A stretch of DNA of 64,000 bases from an uncultured Verrucomicrobiae bacterium (GTDB lineage Bacteria > Verrucomicrobiota > Verrucomicrobiia > Chthoniobacterales > UBA10450), in NCBI GenBank assembly GCA_963735805.1, contig CAVTMK010000002.1, forward strand, positions 256,001-320,000, read 5' to 3'. This document shows, in pieces, positions 30,106-39,856 of this stretch. Position numbers and translations under genes: made by a program. Every line of letters begins with the position of its first letter. The first letter of the stretch is position 1. Under the pieces are notes generated by a model. The model searched no databases and had not been told where the DNA came from. It saw only the letters and a list, made by a program, of their open reading frames with translations.

Positions 30106-30909
30106 TCATATCCCGTAATGCCTTTTCAGGCCCCATAGTCGAATGCGTTGTGGAAGAAATCTAAAGATCAGCGGTGCAATCCTCGATTCAAACAGATCAC
30201 CAACTGTCACCCGCGGTGGCGGTCGATCTGCGTTGATCAATTTGAGAACTTCCCGGGCAACGAGGTCCGGAGAAGGCGCATTTTTCATAGTGCGTTCGAC
30301 GATTTCCCACGCCCTGGCGACTTTTGCGTCGTACCGTGGATCCCCCTTCGCACTCCTGATCACGCCTTGATTAAATTCAGTGCAAATATCGCCGGGCTGG
30401 AGATCGACAATGCGCACCGGAGAATTACCTAGCTCGAGCTGGGTTGACATGGTGAAGGATGCCATCGCCGCTTTTGCGGCGTTGTAAGCAGCCATAAACG
30501 GTACTGGTAGCCGGGAAGCTAACGAAGTGACGTTAATGATCAAACCTTCTCCACGTGTCTGCATGTGGTGCAACGCGAGGTCCATCAACTGGATTTGGCC
30601 GAAAACGAGAATCTGAAACTGGCTGGCAATTGTTTCCGGTGGAAGAAGCTCGGCGGGTCCAAAATGACCGGCGCCTGCATTGTTAATCAAAACGTCGAAG
30701 TATCCCGCTTTGGCTAGCGCACCATTGAACGCCTGTTCGATGGAGAGCGAATCGGTTAAATCCAAGTGGACCGCATACCATCGCGGCATTTTTGGGATGC
30801 GTTCCAAATTACGCGACGTACCCCAGACCTCATGACCTTCCGCCAGGAGTAATTTGGCGGTGGTCAAGCCGATGCCGGAGCTCGCACCGGTGATAAAAAC
30901 TTTTTTCAC
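30106..30909 (-). CDS. Short-chain dehydrogenase/reductase (candidate 3-keto-sphinganine/ceramide reductase)
   Basis: TGASSGIG, NNAG, YNAAK, QPGD. Confidence 0.85.
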   Translation of the reverse strand: MKKVFITGASSGIGLTTAKLLLAEGHEVWGTSRNLERIPKMPRWYAVHLDLTDSLSIEQAFNGALAKAGYFDVLINNAGAGHFGPAELLPPETIASQFQILVFGQIQLMDLALHHMQTRGEGLIINVTSLASRLPVPFMAAYNAAKAAMASFTMSTQLELGNSPVRIVDLQPGDICTEFNQGVIRSAKGDPRYDAKVARAWEIVERTMKNAPSPDLVAREVLKLINADRPPPRVTVGDLFESRIAPLIFRFLPQRIRLWGLKRHYGI

Positions 30910-31073
30910 GATTTAGAAAATGGTTCACGTCGCGCGACGCATTGCATGTTGCTACCGCGTTAATTCCTATTTTAACTATCGGTTCGATGCAAGAATGTCC
31001 TTCGCAGCAATATCAGTATCCGGCGAGTTATGTTTAGACGCTCCTCGGATTCCAAGGTGCCCATTTTGTCCCA

Positions 31074-31958
31074 ATGTTGCCGCTGACTTCGGTTGTTCTT
31101 ATCATCGTCTTTGCTGCGTTGGGTCTGATACGTCTGCTTCCTGTCATTAGAAAGCGTCGTCGGCAAGTCCGCTTCATCCGTGAAACTTTGGCAAATGCCG
31201 GCAAATCCAACCAACCGCGTGTTATCGTTTCACTTTCAACCGTACCCGATCGTATCGGCAATCTAGGGCCGACGATTCGCTCCCTTCTAAAACAAACACG
31301 CCCGCCGGATGAGATCGTCCTGGCCGTTCCGGAATTTTCGATTCGGGAACAGCGGCCTTATGTCGTGCCGAAATATATTTCCCGGTTGCCGCGCGTGCGT
31401 GTTTTGCGTTGCCGCGAGGATTGGGGACCGGCAACGAAGTTTATCGGTGCGATTCAGGACGAGCTGGCGGCGGGGCGGGCGAATACGTTGATCATGGTGG
31501 TAGACGACGACCGGCTTTATCCGCGCGATGCGCTGGAAACTTATCTTTTCTACAGCGAACAATTGCCGGAGGCGGCCCTTTGCTTCCGCGGCGCTGCCAT
31601 GCCGTCTACTTTAGATTGGGACGACGCCAAAATGATTTACGGGAAGGATCTTCGCGAGCCGCGCTCCGTGGCCGTGATCACCGGGTGCGGAAGTTACCTT
31701 GTGCGCCCGCGGTTCTTTGACCAATCGCTGTGGGATTATTCAAAAGCTCCGTCTGTGGCGTTTTACATTGATGACATTTGGATCAGCGCCTGCCTCACTC
31801 GCCGCGGCGTAAAAAGATATGTTGTTCCGGCGTCGGCTATGATGCGCAACGTGCGTCGGCAGCGAGAGACGGTATCATTAAACAAGATCCACGGCCGTCA
31901 GAAACTCAACAATGAAACGATCGCGTTTTTTAAAGATACCTGGGACATCTTCGCCTGA
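31074..31958 (+). CDS. Membrane-anchored GT-A fold glycosyltransferase-like protein
   Basis: N-terminal TM; VIVSLSTVPDRI, DWGPATK, VDDD, DDIWIS. Confidence 0.65.
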   Translation: MLPLTSVVLIIVFAALGLIRLLPVIRKRRRQVRFIRETLANAGKSNQPRVIVSLSTVPDRIGNLGPTIRSLLKQTRPPDEIVLAVPEFSIREQRPYVVPKYISRLPRVRVLRCREDWGPATKFIGAIQDELAAGRANTLIMVVDDDRLYPRDALETYLFYSEQLPEAALCFRGAAMPSTLDWDDAKMIYGKDLREPRSVAVITGCGSYLVRPRFFDQSLWDYSKAPSVAFYIDDIWISACLTRRGVKRYVVPASAMMRNVRRQRETVSLNKIHGRQKLNNETIAFFKDTWDIFA

Positions 31959-31960
31959 CC

Positions 31961-33547
31961 CTAGGCAAGCTGGTGTTTGGAACGTGTATGGTGTCTCCAC
32001 CACTGAACACCGAAGACTGCCAAAAAAGCCGCGGCGCTGGTGATTTGTCCGACAATTCCGCCCAGAAATGCGCGGCAAACGAGAGCGGGAACAAACGCGA
32101 TCCCCGCGGCGACGAGTGGTTGACGAATATCGCTCCACGAATCTTTCCAGTGAAACACCCATCGCAGCGTTGCGTAACGTAGGATGCCTTGGACGATGTA
32201 GGGCAAAAGAATGCCGACGGCTGCGCCCATCGCGCCAAAGCGTGGAATGAGCCAAAGCAAGCCGCCCGCGGCGACCGCGCACGTGATGGAAGAATGCAGA
32301 AGATTTAAATGCGGCCTTTGCACCATGATTACGGTCTCGCCTAACGAGACGAACGCGTTGGTAGCACTGGCTAGGGCGACGATGCCGAGCCAAACCCCGC
32401 CCTGCTGAAATGCAGGACCGTAGATCAGCAGAATAGTCCCGCCCGCGAGAGACAGTACCGCTACAAGCGGTAACAAGATCCACAGCATCCACTCAGCTAG
32501 CCGCGCGTAAGTAGCGGCAGCGACCTCATGATCGCCAGTAGCCGTCATACCGGCTACGACCGGTGCGAAAATGGGATTGAAAGTTTGATTGACCTTGCGC
32601 AGGCCGTTCGCGGTGCCGATGACTGCACTGTAGATACCGACGGTTGCAAGCGTCACACCGGGCGCGCGTCCAACGAAGTAGCCGAGCATGAGAAGATCCA
32701 GCCGGGCAATAAAGGCGTTAATTAGCTGATAAACGCTGATTGGGGCAGCATAGGTGATTAACGCGCGTGCTTCGTCGAAAGGCGACACAACGTCCGCGTG
32801 CGCCGGAATATTTCGAAACAACGACGTGGCGAGTGCGAGCGCAATCAATCCTGATGCCGCCGTTCCAAGGATTGCAGCCACCTCCGGTGATGACTGTTTG
32901 AAGCCGACAGCGAATGCAAGCAGGAATGCCAGTGTTGTCGCAATTGGCTCGGTCATCCCGCGCGAGTATATGTCATGCTGCATCACCTTCATCCCCCGGG
33001 AAACAGCCGTACTAATGCGATACAAGGCCAAGCCCGGCATCGCGCAGAGAACCAGCGCCAGGGCCGAAACCATTTGTGACTGGACGTGAAGACGATTGTT
33101 AAAGAACCGGAGCCCTATTATCACAAGACCCGCGGTAACGACGGACTGCGCGACGCCCATGATTACAGCAACTCGAAACAGCGCTCGGCTTCGTGCCCGG
33201 TCGCCAACAGCTTCCGAGCGTGCGATAAACGTGGTGATCGCATTGTCGAGGCCGAGCACGCCGATCTTGCTGATGATGTCAGTGGTCGACCAGGCGACCG
33301 AGTATAAGCCGAGCGCCGCCGGTCCGAGCAGCCGCGCAACGAGAAATGTGAAAATGCCGCGGAAATTCGACGCCAGCATCGCGATCGTGTTCAAGAAAGC
33401 GCCGCGTTTTAGCTCGACTCCGGTTTCGTCCACGGTCGCGGGCGCATCCACTACGGGCGGTGCTACTTCCAACGCAATTTCCCTTGGGCTCACTGACTCC
33501 TCGTGAAGTCGCTGACTTGCGTGTGTAATTTCAAGGTTAGATGCCAT
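31961..33547 (-). CDS. MOP/Wzx-family oligosaccharide/lipid flippase
   Basis: VARLLGPAALGLYS, DLLMLGYF...VGIYS, LIPRFGAMGAA; many TMs. Confidence 0.85.
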   Translation of the reverse strand: MASNLEITHASQRLHEESVSPREIALEVAPPVVDAPATVDETGVELKRGAFLNTIAMLASNFRGIFTFLVARLLGPAALGLYSVAWSTTDIISKIGVLGLDNAITTFIARSEAVGDRARSRALFRVAVIMGVAQSVVTAGLVIIGLRFFNNRLHVQSQMVSALALVLCAMPGLALYRISTAVSRGMKVMQHDIYSRGMTEPIATTLAFLLAFAVGFKQSSPEVAAILGTAASGLIALALATSLFRNIPAHADVVSPFDEARALITYAAPISVYQLINAFIARLDLLMLGYFVGRAPGVTLATVGIYSAVIGTANGLRKVNQTFNPIFAPVVAGMTATGDHEVAAATYARLAEWMLWILLPLVAVLSLAGGTILLIYGPAFQQGGVWLGIVALASATNAFVSLGETVIMVQRPHLNLLHSSITCAVAAGGLLWLIPRFGAMGAAVGILLPYIVQGILRYATLRWVFHWKDSWSDIRQPLVAAGIAFVPALVCRAFLGGIVGQITSAAAFLAVFGVQWWRHHTRSKHQLA

Positions 33548-33753
33548 GAGAAGGAACGCGGTGATTCACTTTTCGGCGGAATACTCTCGATGAAAGCAGT
33601 TGACTGAAATCGACAAGACGCATCCGGTCAAGGGATGCGTATTGCTGCAGTCACTTTTGCGTCGAGAGGAGATTGTCGGTACACTGAGAGTCCGTTATGT
33701 CCTAGACAACCTTAGGAGGCCAGAAAATCGATCTCCCGGCCGGCATTCGAACT

Positions 33754-34974
33754 TTGCAACGCGCTGATCGCTGGGTTGGTGCGCCACTTTGCGCTATTTT
33801 GACTTTTCTCCGAAGAATCTTGGAAGCTGCGCGGTGCCCAGAACTGCGCCAGGTTCAGCGCATTCTCTTTGTTAAGCTTGCAGAGCAAGGCTCAACCGTT
33901 CTTGCGTATCCCGCTATTTGTCGTGCGATCAACATGGTCGGACGTGAAAATGTTTACTTCCTCGTATTTGACGACAACCGTTTCATTCTCGACACAATGG
34001 AGATCGTTCCCGGGGACAATGTGATAACGATCGCTACGCAAAACCTTTTCAGGTTCACGCTTACTGCGCTTCGATCAGTGTATCGAGTCCGAAAAATCCG
34101 CGTCGACGCGGTGATTGATATGGAATTCCTAACACGTTTCTCGGCGATCCTAACGTTTACAACCGGCGCTCAATCGCGTGTTGGATTTCATACTTTTTTC
34201 GGCGACGGACCGTACCGGGGCGACTTAATGACACATCGGCTTTTATACAATCCTCATCTCCATACGAGTCAAATGTTCGAAGCCATGGTCGAAGCTTTGA
34301 TGCGCGATCCGGCGGTGCTTCCGACGTTTGACTTTAAGCCTTCTGCGGACCAACCACTTGCAAGATTTCACCCTTCACCGTCCGAAGTTGGTGAAATCAG
34401 CGCCCTGCTACAGCGCGAAAGTCCTGGTATCGGTTCTGCGCCACTCATTCTGCTCAACCCCAACGCGAGCGACTTGCTGCCGCTAAGGCGATGGCCGCCT
34501 CTCCGTTATGTTGACCTTGCGCGGCGGCTGCTTGAGCGTTTCCCGGAGTTGTTTATTGGGTTTACCGGCGCACCGGCCGAGGCCACTCCCAACAATCAGC
34601 TTGCAGCCGAAGTGGGTTCAAGCCGCGTCATGCCGCTTGCCGGGAAAACGACTCTGCGACAATTACTGGCGCTTTACTCGCGCAGTGAAATTTTGGTGAC
34701 GAATGACAGTGGCCCGGCACACTTTGCCTCGATGACACCAATTCACGTCGTTGCGTTGTTTGGGCCGGAGACGCCGGCGCTATTTGCTGCACCATCGCCA
34801 AACGCAACCGCATTGTGGGCGGGCATTGCGTGCAGTCCGTGCGTAAATGCGTTCAACAACCGGCAATCGGTCTGCCGCAACAATCTTTGCATGCAAGCAA
34901 TCACAGTTGATGATGTTTTTAAAGAAGTTACACGCATTTACGATTCTCTTAAGAAGAGGACCTCCGGAAATTAA
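33754..34974 (+). CDS. Glycosyltransferase family 9 (heptosyltransferase-like)
   Basis: ILFVKLAEQGS, RRWP, LAGKTTL, VTNDSGPAH, LFGP, CSPC...C...CM; start ambiguous. Confidence 0.85.
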   Translation: MQRADRWVGAPLCAILTFLRRILEAARCPELRQVQRILFVKLAEQGSTVLAYPAICRAINMVGRENVYFLVFDDNRFILDTMEIVPGDNVITIATQNLFRFTLTALRSVYRVRKIRVDAVIDMEFLTRFSAILTFTTGAQSRVGFHTFFGDGPYRGDLMTHRLLYNPHLHTSQMFEAMVEALMRDPAVLPTFDFKPSADQPLARFHPSPSEVGEISALLQRESPGIGSAPLILLNPNASDLLPLRRWPPLRYVDLARRLLERFPELFIGFTGAPAEATPNNQLAAEVGSSRVMPLAGKTTLRQLLALYSRSEILVTNDSGPAHFASMTPIHVVALFGPETPALFAAPSPNATALWAGIACSPCVNAFNNRQSVCRNNLCMQAITVDDVFKEVTRIYDSLKKRTSGN

Positions 34975-34985
34975 TCTGCGGAAGG

Positions 34986-36530
34986 ATGAGTGTGCCAACT
35001 CATAGCTCGCGCCAATTTCGCTTCGCGGCGCTTGGGATAATCCTCCTCACGGTTGCAATTCGCCTTCCGTCCCTTTTGCATCCATTGCCGATTGATGATG
35101 AGGCGGGATATTCTGTAATAGCGAACGAGATCGTCGACGGAGGCCGCCCCTACATTGACGCGGTGGATCGCAAGCCGCCGCTGCTGTTCTGGACATATGC
35201 GGCGGTTTTTAAAGTCGCGGGAGAGTACAATTGGATCGCGCTGCACATACTTTCGCTAGTCTGGACGCTGGCTACTATGGCCGGGCTGTATGTAATCGCA
35301 AAACAACTGTTCGATCGCGAAACGGGTCTAATCGCCGCGCTCTTTTACGGCGTGTTTCAACCTTGGGCGAGCTTTAAAAATCTGGCGTTCAACGGCGAGA
35401 TGGTTATGAACTTGGCGATCGTCTGGGCGTGGGCTATCGGATTCAAACGGAGTTCATTGAAGTGGCGACCAGAGCTGTTGGGGGCAGGCGCACTCCTTTG
35501 CGCGGCCTTCCTGCTCAAGCAACCGGCCGCGATAGCAGCAATTCCGCTCGGGATCTATTTGCTGCTTCCTAGTTATCGGATCAGCCGTGGATTGACGCGA
35601 ACCCAATCTGTCGTCCACGCGGCCATTTTCACGGCGGGATTTTTTGGATCTCTTGCTCTTTTTGCAGTCTTCCTCCAAGGAGAAGGTATCTTCCCCGAGA
35701 CGGTCTACTGGACGATCGCCGCTAACACGATTCCGTACATCTTTTGGAAGAAGGGGATTTTGATGACCCTGGCCTTCGTTGGGGCTTGCTTGCCTCTGGT
35801 GATTGGCGTGGCGGCGACGATTCGAGATAGTCGCGGTTTATGGGCGGGCAAGAAAGGTGAGCAAACGGCGCTTCTCGGACTGCTCGCCGCGTCCGCCATC
35901 GGCACGGCGGCGGGCTCGCGTTTTTACGAGCACTATTACATCCAACTAATTCCGCCGCTTAGCTTGCTTGCCGCTCCGTACTACGCGCAGCTTTGGACCG
36001 GACGGATACAGTCGGCTTACTGGTTATTACGACCTGCTCTCACCTATGCTTGGTTGGCGGCTACCATTGTTGCCTTCTCTATCTCGCACTGGCTAGGGGC
36101 TGCACGGAGGGCTCCGTCAGAGACGGGACGTTATTTGCTCGAGCATTCTGCTCCGAACGACAGGATTTTCGTCTGGGGCAATAAACCGAAATTTTATATC
36201 GAAGCACGACGACGCCCTGCTTGTCGCTATATCCTATCTTTTCCACTCACGGGCTATATTTTCGGCGAACCCCCAGGTTTCGACACTCACTCCCGAATTG
36301 TGTCGGGTGCGTGGACGATGCTCGAGCAAGACTTTGACAAACATCCCCCAGCATACATTGTCGATCTTTCTTCTGAGCCCGGCGCGCTAGATCCAGTTCG
36401 AGACTTTCCGATTCTGGCTAAGCTTTTGACGGAACGATACCAGCCGGTCGCGCGCACGGCTGAGGGTGTAATTTATCACCGAAACGATTCTTCCACCGTG
36501 GCGCACCACACCCCGAGAAGCAACCGCTAG
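34986..36530 (+). CDS. GT-C (ArnT/PMT-like) glycosyltransferase
   Basis: DDEAGY, DRKPP, NGE, KQP, HYYIQ, IFVWG; many TMs. Confidence 0.8.
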   Translation: MSVPTHSSRQFRFAALGIILLTVAIRLPSLLHPLPIDDEAGYSVIANEIVDGGRPYIDAVDRKPPLLFWTYAAVFKVAGEYNWIALHILSLVWTLATMAGLYVIAKQLFDRETGLIAALFYGVFQPWASFKNLAFNGEMVMNLAIVWAWAIGFKRSSLKWRPELLGAGALLCAAFLLKQPAAIAAIPLGIYLLLPSYRISRGLTRTQSVVHAAIFTAGFFGSLALFAVFLQGEGIFPETVYWTIAANTIPYIFWKKGILMTLAFVGACLPLVIGVAATIRDSRGLWAGKKGEQTALLGLLAASAIGTAAGSRFYEHYYIQLIPPLSLLAAPYYAQLWTGRIQSAYWLLRPALTYAWLAATIVAFSISHWLGAARRAPSETGRYLLEHSAPNDRIFVWGNKPKFYIEARRRPACRYILSFPLTGYIFGEPPGFDTHSRIVSGAWTMLEQDFDKHPPAYIVDLSSEPGALDPVRDFPILAKLLTERYQPVARTAEGVIYHRNDSSTVAHHTPRSNR

Positions 36531-36619
36531 GTCCGGCCGAAAATGGATCTTCGTGCCGGTATCTCTACTTTACAACCCATCGATCATTGGATTTGTAGGC
36601 CCTTTCGCGTCGTCCAGGT

Positions 36620-37564
36620 ATGCGAATCCTAATTACAGGCGGCGCCGGTTTCATCGGCAGGCATATCGTCGAATACTTCCAGCATCAAGCGGAGGTGCGC
36701 GTTCTTGATAACCTGCGCCGCGGTTTCAAAAGTAATTTGTCTGGCTTGGATTGCCGACTCATCGTCGGCTCAATTCTCGATCGCGATCTCGTGAGAGAAG
36801 CCATGAAATGCGTGGACTTTGTCTTTCATCTCGCCGCCATGGTGAGCGTGCAGGAGTCCATGCAGAAGCCGAACGAATGCGCCGAGATCAATACCCGAGG
36901 TACAGCAGTTGTTTTGGAAGAAGCGGCGCGGGCGGGTGTGAAAAAACTGATTTTCAGCAGTTCGGCTGCAGTCTACGGCGACGATCCGACCAATCCAAAG
37001 ATCGAAAGTATGCCTGCCGAACCGAAGAATCCGTATGCCATAAGCAAAAATGAAGGCGAACGGCACTGTCGCTCCTTCACGGATGAAGGACGACTCGCCA
37101 CTGTTTCCCTCCGTTATTTTAACGTTTTTGGTCCCTACCAAGATCCAAGAAATGAATATGCCGCGGTCATTCCGGCTTTTATTGAGAAAGCTATCAGAAA
37201 CGAACCGATTACGATCTTCGGAGACGGCCGACAGACTCGCGACTTTATTTATGTAGACGATGTGGCGGCGGCCAATGCGTTCTTCGCGTTGAAATCACAG
37301 GACACCGGGGTCTTCAACGTCGCTTGCGGGAAGGAGATCGCAATAGCCGATCTGGCTCTGATCGTTCGCGACCTTACAAAATCGGCCTGCACGATTGACT
37401 ACGGTGCGGAGCGATCTGGCGATGTGAAAGATTCAGTTGCAAATGTGGACAAGGCTCAGGCGGCTGGCTTTAAGCCCGTTACCGATTTGGCCGGAGGATT
37501 GCGCGCTACAATCGAGTTCCTAAAGAAAGATCTAGTGGGCATTGAGCAGGGCCGTCACTCATGA
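36620..37564 (+). CDS. NAD-dependent nucleotide-sugar epimerase/dehydratase
   Basis: TGGAGFIG, HLAA, SSAAVYG, YAISK, RYFNVFGP, GDGRQTRDF. Confidence 0.9.
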   Translation: MRILITGGAGFIGRHIVEYFQHQAEVRVLDNLRRGFKSNLSGLDCRLIVGSILDRDLVREAMKCVDFVFHLAAMVSVQESMQKPNECAEINTRGTAVVLEEAARAGVKKLIFSSSAAVYGDDPTNPKIESMPAEPKNPYAISKNEGERHCRSFTDEGRLATVSLRYFNVFGPYQDPRNEYAAVIPAFIEKAIRNEPITIFGDGRQTRDFIYVDDVAAANAFFALKSQDTGVFNVACGKEIAIADLALIVRDLTKSACTIDYGAERSGDVKDSVANVDKAQAAGFKPVTDLAGGLRATIEFLKKDLVGIEQGRHS

Positions 37565-39093
37565 CGCGATGTCAAAGCCGCTGGGTCAACGTGATAATCA
37601 TCACGATTGTAGTCATCCTGCGTTTCCCCACTCTCCTCCCGTCGTTGTACAACGCTGATGAGGGCTATTATGGGATAATCGCGAACGATACCCTGGATGG
37701 TGGCATGCTTTATCGGACGGCCGTGGATACGAAGCCGCCAGGCATCTATTACGTTTATCTCGCCGTTTTCAAGCTGGCCGGGAAGAACAATCTTCTTGCC
37801 GTTCATGTCCTCGCCATCCTTGTCGTCGCAGCCACCGCCCTGGTCGTACGGCGGATCAGCGCGCTAGTGGGAGACGATTGGGCAGGGGCATGGAGTGGTA
37901 TTGGCTATGCCGTATTCGTTCACGCCTACCGGCCGGGGGACACACTTGCTGCGAACACCGAGATTTTCGCGTCTTTTTTTCTGGCGCTGAGTGCCCTTGC
38001 CTTCCTCCAAGGTCAAAGAAGAAGGGGCTGGGGGGGGATGTTCCTTAGTGGCGCGCTGGTCGGCGCGGCGGCTTTGATTCGGCAGCCTTCTGCAGTGACT
38101 TTGGGCGCAATGCTGGCGTACCTTGTTTACCTTTGGCTCATTCCCCGTTCCCAATCACTGGGACGTATTTTGGCAGCGGGCAGCGGTGTGGTGACTGGAT
38201 TCGTCGCCGTCATCGCGGGACTGGCGTGGTATTACCAGTGGCAGGGCAATCTACATGACGCGTATCTGTGGGCGTGGGCATTTGCGATTCGCTACGTCGA
38301 GTCTGAAACAACTTTCCGTTATGTTGTGAAACGTCTCATCACCGTTCATCTGGCTGTGATGTTCGCCTGGGGCTTGTTATGGTATTTTGGTATTCGGCAA
38401 GTAATTGAGACACTTAGATCTTTTCGGCGCGGGAGGACTGTGCCAACCGAGCAGATGTTTCTTATTTTCTGGCTGGTCCTTAGTTATCTGACGATCTTTA
38501 TTGGATGGCGATTTCCGGGACATTATCATTTGGCCGTACTTCCGGCGCTTTCGATTCTCGCCGGCCAGGCGTTCTCACGTTTTGTCGCGGAGCAACGACG
38601 CGCTTCTCCGCGACGCTGGCGATGGATCCGAACAGGCATTGTTGGTGCGGCTGCTTTGCCAGCAATAGGCTTTCTCGTGGGGGCTTTTGTGGTGCGAACA
38701 GGGACACTCGATTTTCTCCCGGTTGTTCAGAAGATCGTCAATGAGACGAGAACAAACGATCGTATCTTTGTCTGGGGAAGTAGCCCGCAACTCTACAGTT
38801 TCTCCGATCGGCGGATGGCGACGCGCTTCGTAAGCTGCACACACTTGGTGGGCGCCTATGCCAGCCGGCCTCATGAGGTGAGAGATAAAGGCCAGAGCTT
38901 GATTCCGGAAAGTTGGAAGATGTTCAAGACAGACTGGGAAGCCCATCCTCCCGTGCTCATCATCGACATGTCAACAGCGGACCCGTTTTGGTCGGCTCAT
39001 CCAATGACGCGATATCCCGTGCTCCGTGCCTTCCTCGGGGAATATCGCGTCGAGACGGTGATCGACGGCAAAACAATTTATCGTCGGCTTTGA
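37561..39093 (+). CDS. GT-C (ArnT/PMT-like) glycosyltransferase, paralog of 34986..36530
   Basis: ADEGYY, DTKPP, NTE, RQP, GHYH, RIFVWG. Confidence 0.8.
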   Translation: MTRCQSRWVNVIIITIVVILRFPTLLPSLYNADEGYYGIIANDTLDGGMLYRTAVDTKPPGIYYVYLAVFKLAGKNNLLAVHVLAILVVAATALVVRRISALVGDDWAGAWSGIGYAVFVHAYRPGDTLAANTEIFASFFLALSALAFLQGQRRRGWGGMFLSGALVGAAALIRQPSAVTLGAMLAYLVYLWLIPRSQSLGRILAAGSGVVTGFVAVIAGLAWYYQWQGNLHDAYLWAWAFAIRYVESETTFRYVVKRLITVHLAVMFAWGLLWYFGIRQVIETLRSFRRGRTVPTEQMFLIFWLVLSYLTIFIGWRFPGHYHLAVLPALSILAGQAFSRFVAEQRRASPRRWRWIRTGIVGAAALPAIGFLVGAFVVRTGTLDFLPVVQKIVNETRTNDRIFVWGSSPQLYSFSDRRMATRFVSCTHLVGAYASRPHEVRDKGQSLIPESWKMFKTDWEAHPPVLIIDMSTADPFWSAHPMTRYPVLRAFLGEYRVETVIDGKTIYRRL

Positions 39094-39115
39094 CACCGCA
39101 ATCGAAATAGCGCGC

Positions 39116-39856
39116 ATGACGACACAAAGGCCAGGCATCTCGGTTGTTTATCCAATGTTCAATGAAGAAGAGAACATCGAGCGCGCAGTCCATTTCGCGG
39201 AGGCCGTCCTGATCGACATGACGTCTGATTACGAAATCCTCATCGTCAATGACGCCAGCACGGACCGATCACCAGAAATTGCGGAAGCATTGGCCCGATC
39301 AAACTCTTGTGTGAAGGTGTTCCACCACGAACGGAATTTGAAACTGGGAGGTGCACTTCGCACCGGGTTTAGCAAGGCGACGAAAGAGCTGGTCTTCTAC
39401 TGTGACTCGGATTTGCCGGTTGATCTTACGGAGTTGACCCGGGCAGTTCGTATCATGGACCTCACAAGGTCCGACATTGTTTCGGCCTTTCGGTTTGATC
39501 GCACTGCCGAAGGAGCCATACGCACTGTGTATTCGGTGTGCTACAATTTGCTTATCCGTTTTCTTTTTCCGTTGCGGGTGAAGGACGTCAATTTCTCCTT
39601 CAAATTGTTCAAGCGAGAAGTCTTGGAGAAGGTTGCGTTGGAGTCGGAGGGTTCGTTCATCGACGCGGAACTGTTAATCAAGGGGAAGTTGAACGGATTC
39701 AAGATCGTGCAGTTCGGCGTAGATTATTTTCCTCGCAATCGGGGCACCTCCACTCTCGCCAGCCCCGACGTGATCTTTAAGATGATTCGGGAACTGTTTA
39801 GGTTTCGGATGAAGATGCGGCGCGAAATGGGGGCGGCCCGGGTCCCCGATCCTTGA
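39116..39856 (+). CDS. GT2 polyprenol-phosphate glycosyltransferase (Dpm1/ArnC-like)
   Basis: SVVYPMFNEEENI, NDASTD, DSD, FKLFKR. Confidence 0.88.
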   Translation: MTTQRPGISVVYPMFNEEENIERAVHFAEAVLIDMTSDYEILIVNDASTDRSPEIAEALARSNSCVKVFHHERNLKLGGALRTGFSKATKELVFYCDSDLPVDLTELTRAVRIMDLTRSDIVSAFRFDRTAEGAIRTVYSVCYNLLIRFLFPLRVKDVNFSFKLFKREVLEKVALESEGSFIDAELLIKGKLNGFKIVQFGVDYFPRNRGTSTLASPDVIFKMIRELFRFRMKMRREMGAARVPDP

